Below, one piece after another: positions 23,601 to 38,600 of a DNA stretch of 64,000 bases. Within the stretch, counting starts at the first letter, position 1; every line of letters starts with the position of its first letter. The DNA comes from Lepidodermella squamata (Eukaryota > Animalia > Gastrotricha). Made by a program: the position numbers and the translations under genes. The stretch spans positions 4,500,989 to 4,564,988 of the forward strand of contig JBLDXI010000003.1 of the NCBI GenBank assembly GCA_047495785.1, given 5' to 3'. A model generated the notes under the pieces. The model was given only the letters and a program-made list of their open reading frames with translations, was not told the origin of the DNA and made no database searches.

Positions 23601-26600
23601 TTTACGGGACGAATGTCGCAGCAAATGATTATCAGATAAAATGTACGAGCAAATAAAAATAACTAGCAAATAAAAAGACGCTTGCTCTGGAGGCAAATAG
23701 GGCTGACAGATGATTGTGATGCCAATGCTATTATCAGGAGGAGCGGAAATCGGAACCGAGATTGACTCGAAAATAAAAGAGTCTAATGTGCGCGTGTATA
23801 GGTATTGGGTAGAATCTACGTCTCGAATCGAAATTGACTATTAGAAGTATATAAATCGCGAGCGCGTTGTGTATAGTAAATACGTTGGCTGTGTGCTGTC
23901 GGGCGCGCGTGTGTTTATACGAAACTACGAAGCTTGCTTATTAACGAGCGAAAAATATACGTAGACGGGAGCGAATCGCGTCGTCGCCATCCTCGTCCTA
24001 CGATGGTGTTTGAGCAGGCTTTAATCGATCGAAATCGCCATGCTCGTCGCCGTCGTGGCAGGTGCACTCAGGCCTTTATTACACACGCGGATAAGCGTTG
24101 TGTCCAAGGTATAATGATGCCAATGCGCTTATTATTATTTACAGCAGCGCGCGGAAACGAGAAGAAGCGAGCGCGATTGTAAGTGTAGGGAGCGACGACG
24201 AGTGCCGCCGATCTTCTTCGTCTCTTTTCGCCCCAAAAACAACCCGCCAGCCAGCAAAACATGCGCTTATATTCTTTCATATACCACCCGAATCGTCCCA
24301 TCATCGTTATCGTATTGATAAATCATTTGCGTGAATTATTCACAAGTCACGCCAACAAGCGCCGCCGCAAATGACAATTAGCCGCGCAGGGAGCTGCGTG
24401 TCGCAATCGATAAAGCCAAGTAGTTTTTCCGCCCCATATTTAGAAAGAATCGAGGGCAACTTACCCAGCAACGTAATTTGATTGACCGAACGGTCGGGCA
24501 CAACGTGCGCTTTCCATTCGGCTTCCTCGCGGCGGTCCGCCAACTCAGAGTCGCCGATGTACAGGATCTTGTAGTATTCGACATTCATGTCCTGGCTGAG
24601 CGCGTTCCACGAAACCGTTAAACGAGTTTTGTCAGACGGATTACGAGCAAGTTCGATGGGTTCCAGAAGACCCATGGAAGAAACGCGGAAGACGTGTTTG
24701 TCCGACCACTCAGAGAGGCCGGCTGAGTTAGCAGCTGCGACTGAGACGGCAAGGGTGAGCACAGCCGAGTTCGTCTCGTTGACGATGATGTCCACGGCGG
24801 GAACGGTGTAATTTCCGTCCTCGCGCATGAACTCGTACTTGCCGTCGGGCAGTTTGCGGAAGATGCGGATTCGGTAGAACACGATGGCACCGTTCTGGGT
24901 CGATGGCGGTGGCGGCTGCCAGCTGATTCGAATCTGCGTCCGGTTCACATACTGGTGCGTGATATTCTGCGGCGCTGCGGTCGGACGCTCCTCGGGCGTC
25001 GACACAGTTGCGACCGCCGACGCTGAGTTGCCATTCGCGTTGAAAGCGACAAGATCGAACCGATATTCCGCGCCTTTGGCAAAATCGCGAAGTGGCAAAT
25101 CCAACTTAACATCGTTCGGCGACAATGTTCGAGGCGACCCCGGAGCACCAGTCATGTTATTCCACGCCTTGTTCCATCGACCATAGGTCAGCGTGTATCC
25201 TTCAATGCCGAGCTGCCAGGAGGGCGCCCCATATGGCAAGTTCGGCCGCTCCCAGGTTATTGAGATCGACCTCTCCGCCTCGACAACTTTGGCATTGAAG
25301 TTGACCGGGGCGCTCGGGGGCCGACCATGAACTTTGACGGTACTAGGTGCTGACCATGCGCCATCGCCAACCGACGTGAACGCCTTCACTCGTACTTGGT
25401 ACTCGGTGTCAGCGGCCATACTCGGGATGGTAATCTCCGTGTTTTCGGTAGTCAGCTCTTTCGCGTCGTTTGTCCTCAAGCTGGTCAGTTCAACACGGTA
25501 GTAGGTGATAGTGCCCTTCGGATCACGCGGCGGGCTCCACATCACGTGAATGGTGTTGTCCTTCACGTTCATTCTGATGTTCTCCGGAGAAGAGGGAACT
25601 GAAATGATAATGAAAACAAGCAATGAATAATCATGCGAGAATCATGTTGATCGACGGTTCGGCTACTCGTGTTAATAATCATGGAATTGATACAGTTCAA
25701 ATGACTAATCATACACTGCTACGCACAGAAAGAATGCTATTCGTACATTTTTCAAATTGTGACACTTGGTTCAGAGTCTATTACCTATAAATACTTTCAG
25801 CACATCTTAATATAATTGCCGCATTTTGGATGGACTTCGTTCATTTTAAATGTAAACCTCCCGCATAAAGCCCGTCCCTTAATTGCGAAGGTGAAGTGGT
25901 AAACAGATGTCCATGAAATGGTAAACCCAAGGTAAATGTTTGTGAATATTTCGCCCCATGTTCACTATTTTTCGAATTAATGAGAAATCTTCCCCACTGA
26001 GGTTACTGAAGTTTCCATAACACGGCAATCTGACTTTAAAGATCTAACAACAAAGCAGGGCTGCATCAACCATTAGCTTTCACCTTCATTTAGCCTGTAA
26101 ATTATTGCACATTCTGACGAGAATGGAAACCAAAGAAACACATTAAATTCATGTCGGCTAAATAATGTACGAATTGCAGTCTTCTGGGTAACCCTTGCGA
26201 ATGATTAGCATCAACTAATTGATTGCTTGTGCGTTTAATAAATGAAAGAAGAAAGCAAGCAAAATAGAGTTAGAAGCTAAACAGTAACAGGAAAGAAATC
26301 TAGAGTAACGGCACAACAATGAAAGCAATCAAAATGTTTGTGGGGACTCGGGGTTAGTAGTGTGAGTAGAAGTCGTGATTGATGATGATTGAACTTACTG
26401 CCCTCGGACGTCCGCACAGAAACGGGTGCCGAGGCGGGTCCAGCCCCGGCAGCGTTGTTACCACGCATCCACACGTAGTATTCAGTGAAGTACATCAGCC
26501 CACCATCGATTCGGAAACTCGTAGCGCTTGGATCTCGGATTTCGACTGAGCGAGTAGGAGGTTGCTCGCTTAGAACTGGTTTGCCGGCAGCGTCGCGTTC

Positions 26601-29600
26601 GAACGGCTCGTCTGCCAGGGTCCAGAATAGCGTGTACGATGTCAGGTTGCCATTCGCTTCTTTCGCGCCGATCGTGCTCCACACGACGTCGATCTTGGCC
26701 TCCTTGGGCACCGCCTGGGCGCTAAGACCACTTGGAGCAGCGGAAGGTTCTAAATTGCACAACGACCAAACGCGAGCGAAGAGAAATTAAAGACAACATT
26801 TAGAGTCAAGTCCAGCAAGCGGCGAAGGTCGGTTTCAGGATGATTTCAGTGTAGGTAAGTACAATTCTCTAGGTTACGTGACTTCGAAGGGGTGGCGTGG
26901 TGGTCCGTAATAATGGTATAATAAGCAAATCCCAAAAAACATTTAAACATAAAGCGCTAGATTTTCAATGATTCAGAAAATCAATTTTCGACAATCTAAA
27001 GGCTCCACTACATTAAACCGAACTGAAATGCTAATCAGCTAATCACGATAACGAATAATAGTAAAAAGAGGCTGAGGAATCGAGAAAAAACGTACTGTCG
27101 ATGTCAGTTCTCGCTTGTAGCACCGTGGACCAGTCGGAAGTGCACTCGGCCTGGCCGTTCTGCTTGCTCGCCGATTTGCCGACGGCGCACATCTGCAAGT
27201 TGTAGAGCGTATTCGGCTGCAGTCCACTCAGTTCGTACGTCGAGTCGGGACTGGCGAGCACCTGTACTTCGCGCCATGATGAATCGTACTCGCTTCGGTA
27301 CTGCAGCTTGTAGAAGTCAACGTAGCCGCCAGCGGGAGGACTCCACTGGATCCGCACGAATTTCGGCCCGCTTGCTTTCACATACAAATTACCAGGTCTG
27401 CTTGGAGCTGATTAAACGAAAATAAAATCGAATTAGCAAATGAAAATGAAAGCATAGCTACTTGATTTATGAATTACAACAATGGCAAAAATACGAGACA
27501 ACACTGAAATGAATTTCAATCTATCAGTAAAACTAGGCGCGCGCTAAAAGCCAGCAATCTGCCTGGTGGTAAAAGAACAACAAATGGGTATTCGCCATTT
27601 CAACGTCAACTTTGAATCATCTTGATAATGAAGCAATGGTAGAGTTTTACAAAGATAAAATAGGCACTGCAAACAAGATAATTGAAGCCCTCGTCTGATG
27701 ATGATGATGGCTAAAAGCTTGCGGTAAACAACAATGCCAGAACTTACCACCATTGCCATTGGCTATTATCACACAGGTAGTCAAATATCAAATTTAGAAG
27801 GCGGTTTCAAGCAGTGCAAAACTATAGATTACGTTACTTCCCGTTACACACCGAAATAAGTTAGCGTAAAGAAATAACCCTCAATACGTACAATGAAAAA
27901 TAGGTTGAGCAGTTGATTTCGAAACACGGTTTCGCAGCGTCGTCCGCTGTTGCGCCGCCACGAAAAACAGCGGATCAAAAAACAGCCGGGATGCCGATAA
28001 AAATAATACTAGGTAAAGTCGCCGTAAACGACCCCCATTAGTTGCATAAAGGCGCATATTTTAACACGCCGGCAACTAATTTTCGTTCTACAATTATTCG
28101 GAAAAAAATTGAAATCAATCTGGGGGAAAGAAACACAGAAATGCAAAGAAGTGAAATTAGTATGGACAAGGCGATGATTTCATTCAATTCGTTGCGTCAA
28201 CAATGACAACAGCGATAATCGAGGGACAGATGAGAATAATTCGATGAGAAGGCGCGTTAATTGCAAATTCAAATGCTAAAAACCACGCCGCTGCGGTTTG
28301 GTTTTCACTACACGCAGTACGACGCGATTGTGGTGATGAAATCGTAGAAGAGCGCTGCAAAATCGAGCCTGGTCCTCCTCGCAGTATCGATAGGACAATA
28401 ACAACAATAACAACATGGCACGAGAGCACGACCGGGCCAATTTTGCTTTGTGTTATTTTATCAGAATGGGCGTGCTACACGCGCCCTATTAGAGTGGGTG
28501 GTGTTGGTGAGGCGGCGAGATGTTATTCTGATCTAATAGATCGAGAGGACAGACACTCCGACGCGAACATAGACACGCGCGGCAGAAGCGGCGACAACAC
28601 GCGCGAAAAATCAATGCGAGAGCCACACCAGCAAAAACTAGGCGGTATTATTAGTTGGAATCCGCAGAGGCAGTTGTCACCGATCATAATCGCGCGCGAG
28701 CGAGCGCCGAATTACTACAACTGCAATAAACAAAGTCACGCACGAGCAGCAGGAAAATGCATAATTTTCGCAAAAGCAGAAATCAGCCGGCACGCAGCGT
28801 TTACGAGCAGAATGAGAGGATCATAGACCGCGCCGGATAGATCACTGACCGACGAGGAGGGACAAATCTGGTGGCGCCAGGAAATTCCATTAGAATTATA
28901 ACAAGACATCCGTTGTTGTTTATTAGAACGACTGCGCGGCGATAATCGGAAACCTTCCGGTCTGGCGAAGACGACGCGACATGGCGCAATTAAATCAGCG
29001 AGCGTGTAATAAAGCTAAATAATGTAAAATCGAACACCGGGTAAGTCAAGAGATAGAGCGCGCATTTCCTCCCCGGTTTATTCGCTGATCTGAGCAGAGA
29101 AGTGGGAGGGAGGAGCAGAGGATAAGGGCGCACAACAACAATAATCAAGGTTGATTGTTTGGATGGTTGTTATTGCTGCTGAACGCGCGCAGCGATTGAA
29201 TGAACAAGCGAATGGAGTTTTATCGGCCACCAGAGAGCCACATGTGCCGCTATTTGAGCGATGCGCCAAGTAGATAAACGTGTTCATGCGCCACTTTACC
29301 CAGCGCGCCCGATCGCTTATCTATCATCGCCTGATAATCAAACTATGTAGGTAGATTCGGGTGAAGGTGAGGTGCGCCTGCCGGCGAAAAACAGGCTGCT
29401 GTTTACTATTGAAGACGGCCAACCTACACAACTACAGCCAAAACAAGGTAATGGGGTGATGGAATTTCGCAATGAAATCGCCTCGAGAGGTGCAGCCAGC
29501 ACAAGAGGCGTGCCAGAAACGCGTTTAGTGAGCGATCGTTATTGCACTACTGTGCCAAATCGAAGTCAAGTCACGGCTGTGGCACTCAAGAGAAAGCGAA

Positions 29601-32600
29601 CCGGCGTATCGCTATGATGGCTTTCGGCGGCGAGCACAAAGAAGACGGATTTCGCTCATCAATCAACTCCTTGGCAGCCCGGAAATCCGCCTTAAATCAC
29701 GCGCGTTTCTGAACGCTGAAATTAGCGCGACATGCGGCGATTTCGATTTTCGGCTTAAGAAAATCGCAGTTCGATAATAAGTGACCATCGGTGTTGCTAA
29801 TTTCTAGAAGTATATAGTATAGTTTTCAGCCACCTCCGGTTCGCCGCGGGCGAGAATCTACAGTGAAGTACACGAGCTATGAACTATGCGATCAGTATAC
29901 ACTGCAAAAACCAGCCCGTGTAAAGTCGATAATAAAAACAACAGGTATTCGAAGAAAAACAGAAAGCGGGTGTCGAAATCACCGAATGAAATATTAATGC
30001 GATAGCCCGAGGACATTTCCGATCGCGCGCGCGTTTTTCGACAAGTGTACTCAGAAATCGATTCCCTTGGAGTATTTTAATTGATGCTATCATCAGAGTA
30101 TCATCGACACTCACCATTCGGCGACAGGACAAAGCGATATCGATCCGATAGCAGGCCGTTGCCAATCTCGTTCTGAGCGCTCACCATCACGATGTAAGCG
30201 CCGTTTTCGTGCAGTCCCGTTAGCTCAGCAGTAGTAGTAGTCGACGACTTGGTCTGCCACTGCAGCAAATTATCAGGGGCAGGGTCGAGGTGGTAATACA
30301 CCTGATAGCTCTGTATCACACACACACAAATATTGATAGAAGATAATTTCATTAACTCGATCATTTCACTTACGAGAATATTGCCGTTGGGCTTTTCAGG
30401 CGGCAGCCAGCTGACGCTTACTGAACTTGGCGAAGTTATTTGAGCTGCGATGTTCCTCGGGGCAGATCCAGGCACTGAACGAGAAAATATACATGTTTTC
30501 ATTTTCAATCAATCAACCCAGTTCGATTTCAATTTATCATCAACAACAACAAAAAAGCATCACCGCCGAGTGCTTTTCGCCTATTTCAAGGGCAAATTCT
30601 GTTGGAGCGTGAAATAGGGTTTATTAATTATGTAGTTAGTCATCACTATCATCACAGTCAGTGTGTACTAAAGTATTCGCTTGGTCAGGCCATGCGTTTC
30701 ATTTGCATTCAACCTGGACGAACGCGAAAACGCATCCGCTGCTCGCGACGCGCTTGATGACACGGTAATAGACAACAAACCACCAGATCGCGCACTTTCT
30801 CGCTATACGCTCTGTGCCACATACCTACTATGAGCAGTCGAGGTCTTGTCTAGGTAGGGGTACCTTCTCTTTCTCGCCGAGTGCACGGCTATAACTGTTC
30901 TTTCATCGCGCGTCAAGTGTCACAAGGTTTTCACGCAGGTGACAACGCGCGCGGGCTGCAAAAAGTCGTGAAGGCCGAAAGCGAGATAAGGATTGACCTG
31001 GTCGCAGCCGTCCGTTATTGAGCTGTTATCAGTTATCACCATTACAACTGCAAGCACTTTGCATCAAAACAAAGCCTCAAAATTACATATCAGCATCAAT
31101 TACACGCGCAGGTGTGCCATTGATAATAATGACTTTGTGTTACTTCATACATATAGTGAGACCGACCGACCGGCCTGCCGGCCCTTTTTCAACAAAACAG
31201 AGTCAAAGAATTGTGGGCAAACAAACGAGAAAACAGTTGTCGTCTCATTTAGTGAGACCTGCTCATCGATTTTCATCAGTCTCCCGCCGTCGATGAACAG
31301 ACTTGCGCGACAAACACGTGCTCGTTTATATTGACATGAAGATGTGTACAATTGGACTCGGCAATGAGCTCAAGCGCCATCCAACGCAAAATATTTGCGG
31401 TTTGGCCAACCAGTTGCAGGCATGGCGCGTCGGCTTTGTGCTTTATTATATCCAAACAAATATACGGCGATGAAGAAATGGTGGTTTTGGTGGTGATGAT
31501 GATGATGAGAAGGAGGAGGGACGCCTGCAAATATAATTTTCAGGCGCCATCGCCTCCCGAGTTCCACGTCAGGTACTGTGCATTAGATGGATAGCGGTGG
31601 CGAATATGATAATACCAACAGTAACTGAACGCGACTCGTTTTTCTTTTCCTTCATTCGCAGTCACTCGGCAAACAACACGAACATTGGCGATAATAACAA
31701 TAGCGCTCGCTAGCAAAATTGAATTTGACGAAAACCACTGCTGTTGCCGTCAAGTAGCGAGCTCACACCGGCGCTCAGCATAAACTTGTTTGGCAACAAT
31801 AATAACAACTGACAAAAGCTATCAATTAATTAACGCCGAGCAAGAGAAGCGGCGAAATGCGGCGAAAGAACGCGGCAACGTCGCAAGATTTGATTTCTCA
31901 CTTCCGATAGACGGATGGGATTGTTTTCTGCACATCTTATTATTTCATTTCTGATGGACGTGCGTTCTCACGCCTCGAATTCGATAACAGAACACGTTAC
32001 TCGCGAGTCGCTACTACGGCCGCTCTCTCATTAGTTACTTGACTTGACAGTAGGAAGCTGTGTGGACAATTTTCAGCTGGCGAGCGGCTCAAGCGTCACG
32101 CGCTCTAGAGACTGTCAGAAAAACACATGCCGGGCGGACATCGCTATACACCAAACATCGCAAAAACACTGCCAATGAAATATCATGGGTCACAAATAAT
32201 AACCACTGCAATATATTTGACTTCATTCAGGGAAGAGACTCAACTAGCCGCCGCTGATAACAGCAGTAATAATGCGGATCAGAAGAGCTCATCATGCCAA
32301 ATGCGCCTGTTCCGAGCTCTTCGTATGTCCTATTAACATCGTAATAATAACGCAATAATGAGCAAGAAGAAACCCAAAAGGACTGAATTTTCTAACAGAA
32401 GCGAAGACCCAGCGCGTGTGTTTCTCGCTCGCTTTCATCGCGACTAATGTAATAAGCCGCTTAAGCAACTCATGAGCGTGCAGCCGACCAGATTAATAAA
32501 AGCCTAATGCCGCAACTTCCGAATCCTCAAGACAAATAGCCCGAAGACAGAAGCTATCAACGAAATAAGGAAATGTCGCAATAAGTAACGGAAAGGCAAC

Positions 32601-35600
32601 CGGCTACCGCGTGCTCTTCAGAAAGTGACTGTCCACAATTGATTTGCAAGTGGGCAGCGGTCAAACGACACGCAAGTACTGTTGCTCTCCAGGGGCGTGT
32701 AGTTTCACACCAAATTATAAACATCCGCAATTTCCGTCGGCGTTGATTAATCCATCACAAGAAGTAGCGCAGTACGAATTGAGGAAACTAAATCTCCAAT
32801 CACAGCCACGATAAATTGAGGCAACGCCACCGACTAAACGAGTGTAAAGAGGGACTGTTCGGCGAGGAAAACTCGACACAGGAATAAAAACAGCCGCATT
32901 TCAACGTCGCGATAAAGGTAACTTTGTCACAGGTGGAGTTCTAACAGGGGATTTGAATAAACTAACCATGTTTTCCAGTGGTGGCGGTAAATGTTTCGCT
33001 ATAAGGCGATTGCTTCTGACTGCCAACCATTACAGCAAAAAGCTGCACATCGTATGTAGAAAGAGGTTCCAATGGTAATCGTAACGGCGAAGATACACGA
33101 GCTAATTGCGTCCACTCATTCGCATCTTGCTTCTTAAATCGCACGGCGTAATAATCAACATCAGTATCACGATTTTTTAAATCAGTGAATTTAATTTCCA
33201 ACTCGTTCAGGAAAGACTTAACACTGGTTATTACAGGGGCAGCGGGACAATCTAGTATGAAGATAATTTGAACGACATGGCAAATACCAACCAACCAAAT
33301 CCTTACCACGTGACACTACATTTTGTGGACAAGCAGCTTCAGACTTGCAGCAAGGTAAATCAATGAAAACAATAAATAGCAACCACGCTGTTATACGTAT
33401 ATGCCTTATCATGTTCTAACTGACATCTAATAGGCATAAAAGATTATGCTGCAAAACAAGGCAGAGAGTCCCGAGAAATCGTAGCTAAGATTAGAGCAGT
33501 GATCAATTCTCTGTATTCGTTCCATAGCCGATATATGCGACGTATTCTAGAAGGCGAGTCTTAAATAGTATTCATTCGAGTCCGCAGCATAAGGTATTCG
33601 TAGTTTGTACGTGCTGGGACTTCAGTCACGCATATCATAAAATGAAAAAGAAACTATCGCGATCTTAAGAGAGCATAACGGTAATCGTTACTATTCACGA
33701 ACAATCCTGGAGCCTTGGGTATTCCACTACCATTTGAGGTATTAGCTAAAAAGGAGATGTAGAAAGAAAGAGGGTAAAAAGTAATCATACAAATATACTC
33801 ATTAAGGATGGAAAATCCCTCAACTACACTTCCCAAGTTACAGGTTATAGCAATGAAGTAACAAGATTCTTATTCTGTTGTACTTCTTTGATTGATACTG
33901 GTAGCAATTAAGACTATACAAACCATAATAGATTATAGAAATAAAGCAAACAAGTACGAATAAAGATTTAGCGCTCAGCTCTCATTCAAGTAAGACTTGG
34001 GCTTGGATAAGAATCAGTAGTCAAAAATCAAAAACAAAAGCGAACTTCAGGTGGCGCCAGGGTAATAAATCTTCATTCATTCATTCCTTCCTCCTTCCTG
34101 AGGCAAGTGTGCAAAGTTATGAATATCGAAAATAAATTAAAAACTTGGAGTGCACACAAGGAAGTAGTAAAGATAGTCATCCTATATTTCTCCTAAGAAA
34201 AAAGATAGAATCCCCATCACGGCCATGTCCAACTAGTTCAACTAATCAGATTTAGGGCACTGTCCCGTGCTCGGGGAAAACGATGGGCATTAATGAGCGA
34301 CCAAAGGACAAAGAATCAATAAATATATAAACCGCAGTTTAAACTAGCGTGATGCGAGATGACAAATTGTACTCTAAACTCTTAAGACGAGCAATCGATT
34401 TACAATTTCATACAGAGCGCCTTTTTCAAAAAACTACGCGCATCCGAATTTGACGTTTAATAATAATAAAATATTAAAATTCCTTTATTAAAATTATTTA
34501 TATTGCATAAACTGATAATATTTTATTAACAAAAAATTATAAGTCTGCCGCAGCGAAAAGACAAAAAAGCGCAGTACGCAGAAGGTGCGGCGGACGGTGC
34601 GCGGGTCATCGCAGATCTTTTTTCAGAAGCTGTTTTTCGCTTGTAGACTTCGGGGGAGAATTCATGGGATATAACCTCAAGGTTATGACACCTATGGAAT
34701 TACTGGAGTTATCTCATGTAAATCATCTCTACTCTTGTATATCATTCTCCAATCTAGTCTTTAGGTAGCTTTCTTGCTACGACGGCGTTTGTAGGCTTCG
34801 CTGAGTGAGTGGAAAAGTCACCTCGGTACTAATGCCTGGGCTCTGTAGAAATAGTCAGCAATAACTGGAGTACCAGGAGTAGGGACGTCTTAAATAGGAA
34901 AGTTTGGTCTAGTTGGTAAAACCAGACCAAACTTTCCTGGAGTGTAAGCTCACGATTTTCTCACTTATGGCCTTATGGCGAAAGCTTGAGTCTCCCCGGG
35001 CGAGGAGAAATCGTTAATTTGTGATCGTGATGACGCATCAACGTCATGATCAACACAACCGAATCCCCGTTTTGAGACTACGGAAGAACTATTCGTACAA
35101 AACATAACAAAACCTATTTGACCATCATGTCAAGCACAGCACACACACGCTCGGCAGTGATGATTTTTCCCATTTAATCACGGCTATTGATTACGTTGAA
35201 TATCGATTTAAATTCGAGTGACTTACTTTTCACTTTTACTCGTGATTGGGCTTGAATACTGCCGAGAGATGAATAGGCTTCGCAAGTGAAGTTGACATCG
35301 CGGCGAACGTTTCGCAGTTCCAGTATTATTTTGCCTATTGCCATTGAAGACCCCGGAACTTGCTGCCACTGTTGCGCAGCCTCGTTCCACTCCAGCCAAC
35401 GAACTTGCGGCATCGGCGAACCGACAGCAATGCATGTGATATTAACGGATTGCCCTTCGTCCACCCACACCTCCTTTTCAGGATAGCGGCTGAATGCGGG
35501 TGCTTGGCGGCGCACTGTTAAAATAAGATAGGAGGATATTTCATTGCAAGTTCATTTTGTAACATGTCACACATGCCCACACCAGTGCATCAGATTTACT

Positions 35601-38600
35601 AGATTTCCAAATAAAACAATTTGTGTTATTCCATTGAAACGTTAAAAGCTTCAGTGCATCTTAATAATGGTTCAGAGCTAAATTTTGTACACTCTAGGTA
35701 ATGCTACGGAGTAAAATCTGTTTTTTTTTAGTTTAAAGACATCCGCGATCCAGTTTTTAAAAATCAAATAATCTCGGTTTAATGTCATGGAAATGAAGCG
35801 TGTTCGGTTATTTCAAACATAACATGCAAAAGGTTAGTCGTAAATGTTTTAATGTTAAATCAGTGCCGTCGTTTTGAAATGAGTACTGATGTTATTAGTA
35901 AGGGAATTTTGGAAAGAGTTATTGCGCGATTGGCGCATTTTGCCAAACTTATAATTGCAATCTGTATCACTCTATCGTACCCTCATCAGTTGTCGTGGTT
36001 TCTGTAACGTCTGAAATAATTCGAAACGAAAGTTATGTAGAGAAAAATTTCAAATATGAACGTTGCTCTTAAATTACATCTGGGTATTACTGAATTTCTG
36101 TGCTCGCAAAGTAACAACAATAGTCTTGAAAATTAAATATGTTGAACAACTAAATTTGAATTGCAATCACATCGAAATCATAACGTATGTGCGAAGGTTA
36201 CGAAATAAAAGGGATGGCGGCACAACAATTTTAATGACTTATTTTGACCGTAAAATGTACCGTCGAAGGCAGTAGAAGGACTCGGTGAGGTCACGCGTGA
36301 TGATGATGACGTAAAACCAACGTCATTTCGAAAGGATCCTGTTACGGCCACCGAAAATCGTTCGCACATTTATACAGAGAGTTTACACAACGGAAAATAA
36401 AGGATGAAACCGATAATTTGACCTCTTGATAGTAAAATCAACGTGCCCTCACAACATCGACAGGAGAGATGACTGAGAGATCAAGCCATCGAAGTATACT
36501 GAAATGCGTTTAACCGCTGTTTAATTCGCACCTGAAATTTCTGTTACATCCTCGGCTTCATTCTCAAGGCGCTTTATCTTATCTGATGTTGGAAAGCATC
36601 GCAATTTAATGGTTCATGCTTACAGCGACGTTTCATCAAACAGGAGGCAGATAATTAGAACAAATCGACGAATCATACCTTGGACATACAGCTGCACTGC
36701 CCCCGAGTAAGCAATGCCTTTGTCGTTTTGAGCTGCGCACATGTACTCGGCGCTATCCTTTTCTGTGGCCAGTGTTATTACCAAGGAACCTATACATAAA
36801 CATGGTATATTTTCGATAGGAATGCTATTGCACGCAGTTTACCGAGCTCGGTGATGCGATATCGAGGATTCGATTTTTGATCGATTGGCAAACCATCTTT
36901 AAACCATATTATAACGGGCTCAGGATCGCCTGTGGCGTTGCAGTGAAAGACAGCATTGCGGCCCTTCTCGACCGTCTGCATTTGAGGCAGCTTGTTGAGG
37001 ATCGGATAACCAGCAGGAACTAAATTTGGAAAAGGATGAAGAGAAAAAGAGGTTGAAATAACAGACTAACATAATTTAGCTTTAAAGGCATGATCAACTA
37101 ACACACATAGCTCATTAAAACATGGAAGATGTTTTAACCATCTGCCCCGAAATGGCAGAGCCCGATTTTTGTCTACTTCAGTCAATGATAACATGGTTTC
37201 AGGTAAGTCAAAAAAGCTGTTTCAAGTAAACCATCATGCGATCTATGAGCCATAAATGGTTGGCTAAATTACATAAAAAGCAGTTGACAGTAATTATTTA
37301 CAACGAAAGCATTTTCAAGTACCCAATAATATAAGCGACTATCAGTCGCAGGTTTATATATCTCAATATAGATCGAATTTCACACATTCTACTTTCTAAG
37401 GAAACAAGCTTAAACAATCACAACCCAAAAGCCCCCAAACACCGAATTGCAAGTTCAATTTTTCACAGCCATTAAATGGGTTATTGGCTACTACCGTAAT
37501 CTCGCAGTTTTTTGTGTTTTCCTAAATCAACAATTCATCAAGCGAACTTTAGTTATATGTATCAACATGAACGATTAACGGGAAGATGCGTGCATGCATC
37601 AATGTCACCATTTTGACTTGGTGATCAAAGCACAAAAAATGATAGAGATAGTAGTATAGATATTTGGGTCAATATAGCTTCTACATAATCAATAGATGTC
37701 GTTTCACGGACAATTGTCAAAACTGACTCGAGATGCTACAGTTTATGGTTTCATTTTGTTCATTGGCGTTGCTTTACCTTTGAGCTTTAATTTCCCTAAA
37801 ACGGTGATGATCGGAGATTGATGTATTCATAAGCATGACGATGATGAAGAACGCGACAACAGAAAGACGAAAATTGAAAAATAAATAAATAAAAAGAATA
37901 ACATGAAAATTATAATTTAAAGCGGCTTGCGCTAATAACAAGTGAATTGAGCGGAGCGATAAGTATATACAAAAAAATTATAATGAAATTCGCAGAGCGG
38001 CAAATTAATGAGAGTCCAGTGAACAAAAAACTGAATCAGCTGAAAATAAATAGTATGACCAACCTTCTTCTTGTTTGGTGTAGACAGTCAGGTAACCGAC
38101 ACTCTCGACTTCGGGTCCCTTGCCGTTTTTCGCTTTGCATTTGAAAAAGCCTTCGTCCTTTTTGCGGACCTCTTGGATAGTCAAAATTGAGCCATTTACA
38201 ATGGGAGTTTCCTGTAGCATGCGAAAATAATGAGAAAATTGTAGGAAGGGTATGGAGAAATAACCAATTTTCGAATCAAACATAAAAAGCACTCGGTTGT
38301 AACTAAAATAGAGAACTCTATCGGTTTGATTTTTTACCAGCAATGATATAGTCTAAACAGAGAGGAATCGGAAATGTTTCAGAAAATAATGGCGAGATTT
38401 TTGATACTCTGAATCGCAATTTAAACAAATAATGGGAAATTATAAAGGCAAAGCCTTGTTCAAAATGATGATGAAATTGTTAGCTGGTAGCCTTGGCGGT
38501 TAAAAAAAGCGTCGCATTGTTTGTTAATGATTATAATTAAATGTTCATCAAGAAGCGGCTTGTACGTATTTTAAAATGATCTAATAGGCGATCGGCGTGT

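Noticed and set aside
35516-36678. Mini-exon B equivalent between Lar Ig2 and Ig3
   Set aside because: No convincing frame-preserving AG..GT microexon found by eye. It cannot be excluded without RNA-seq.
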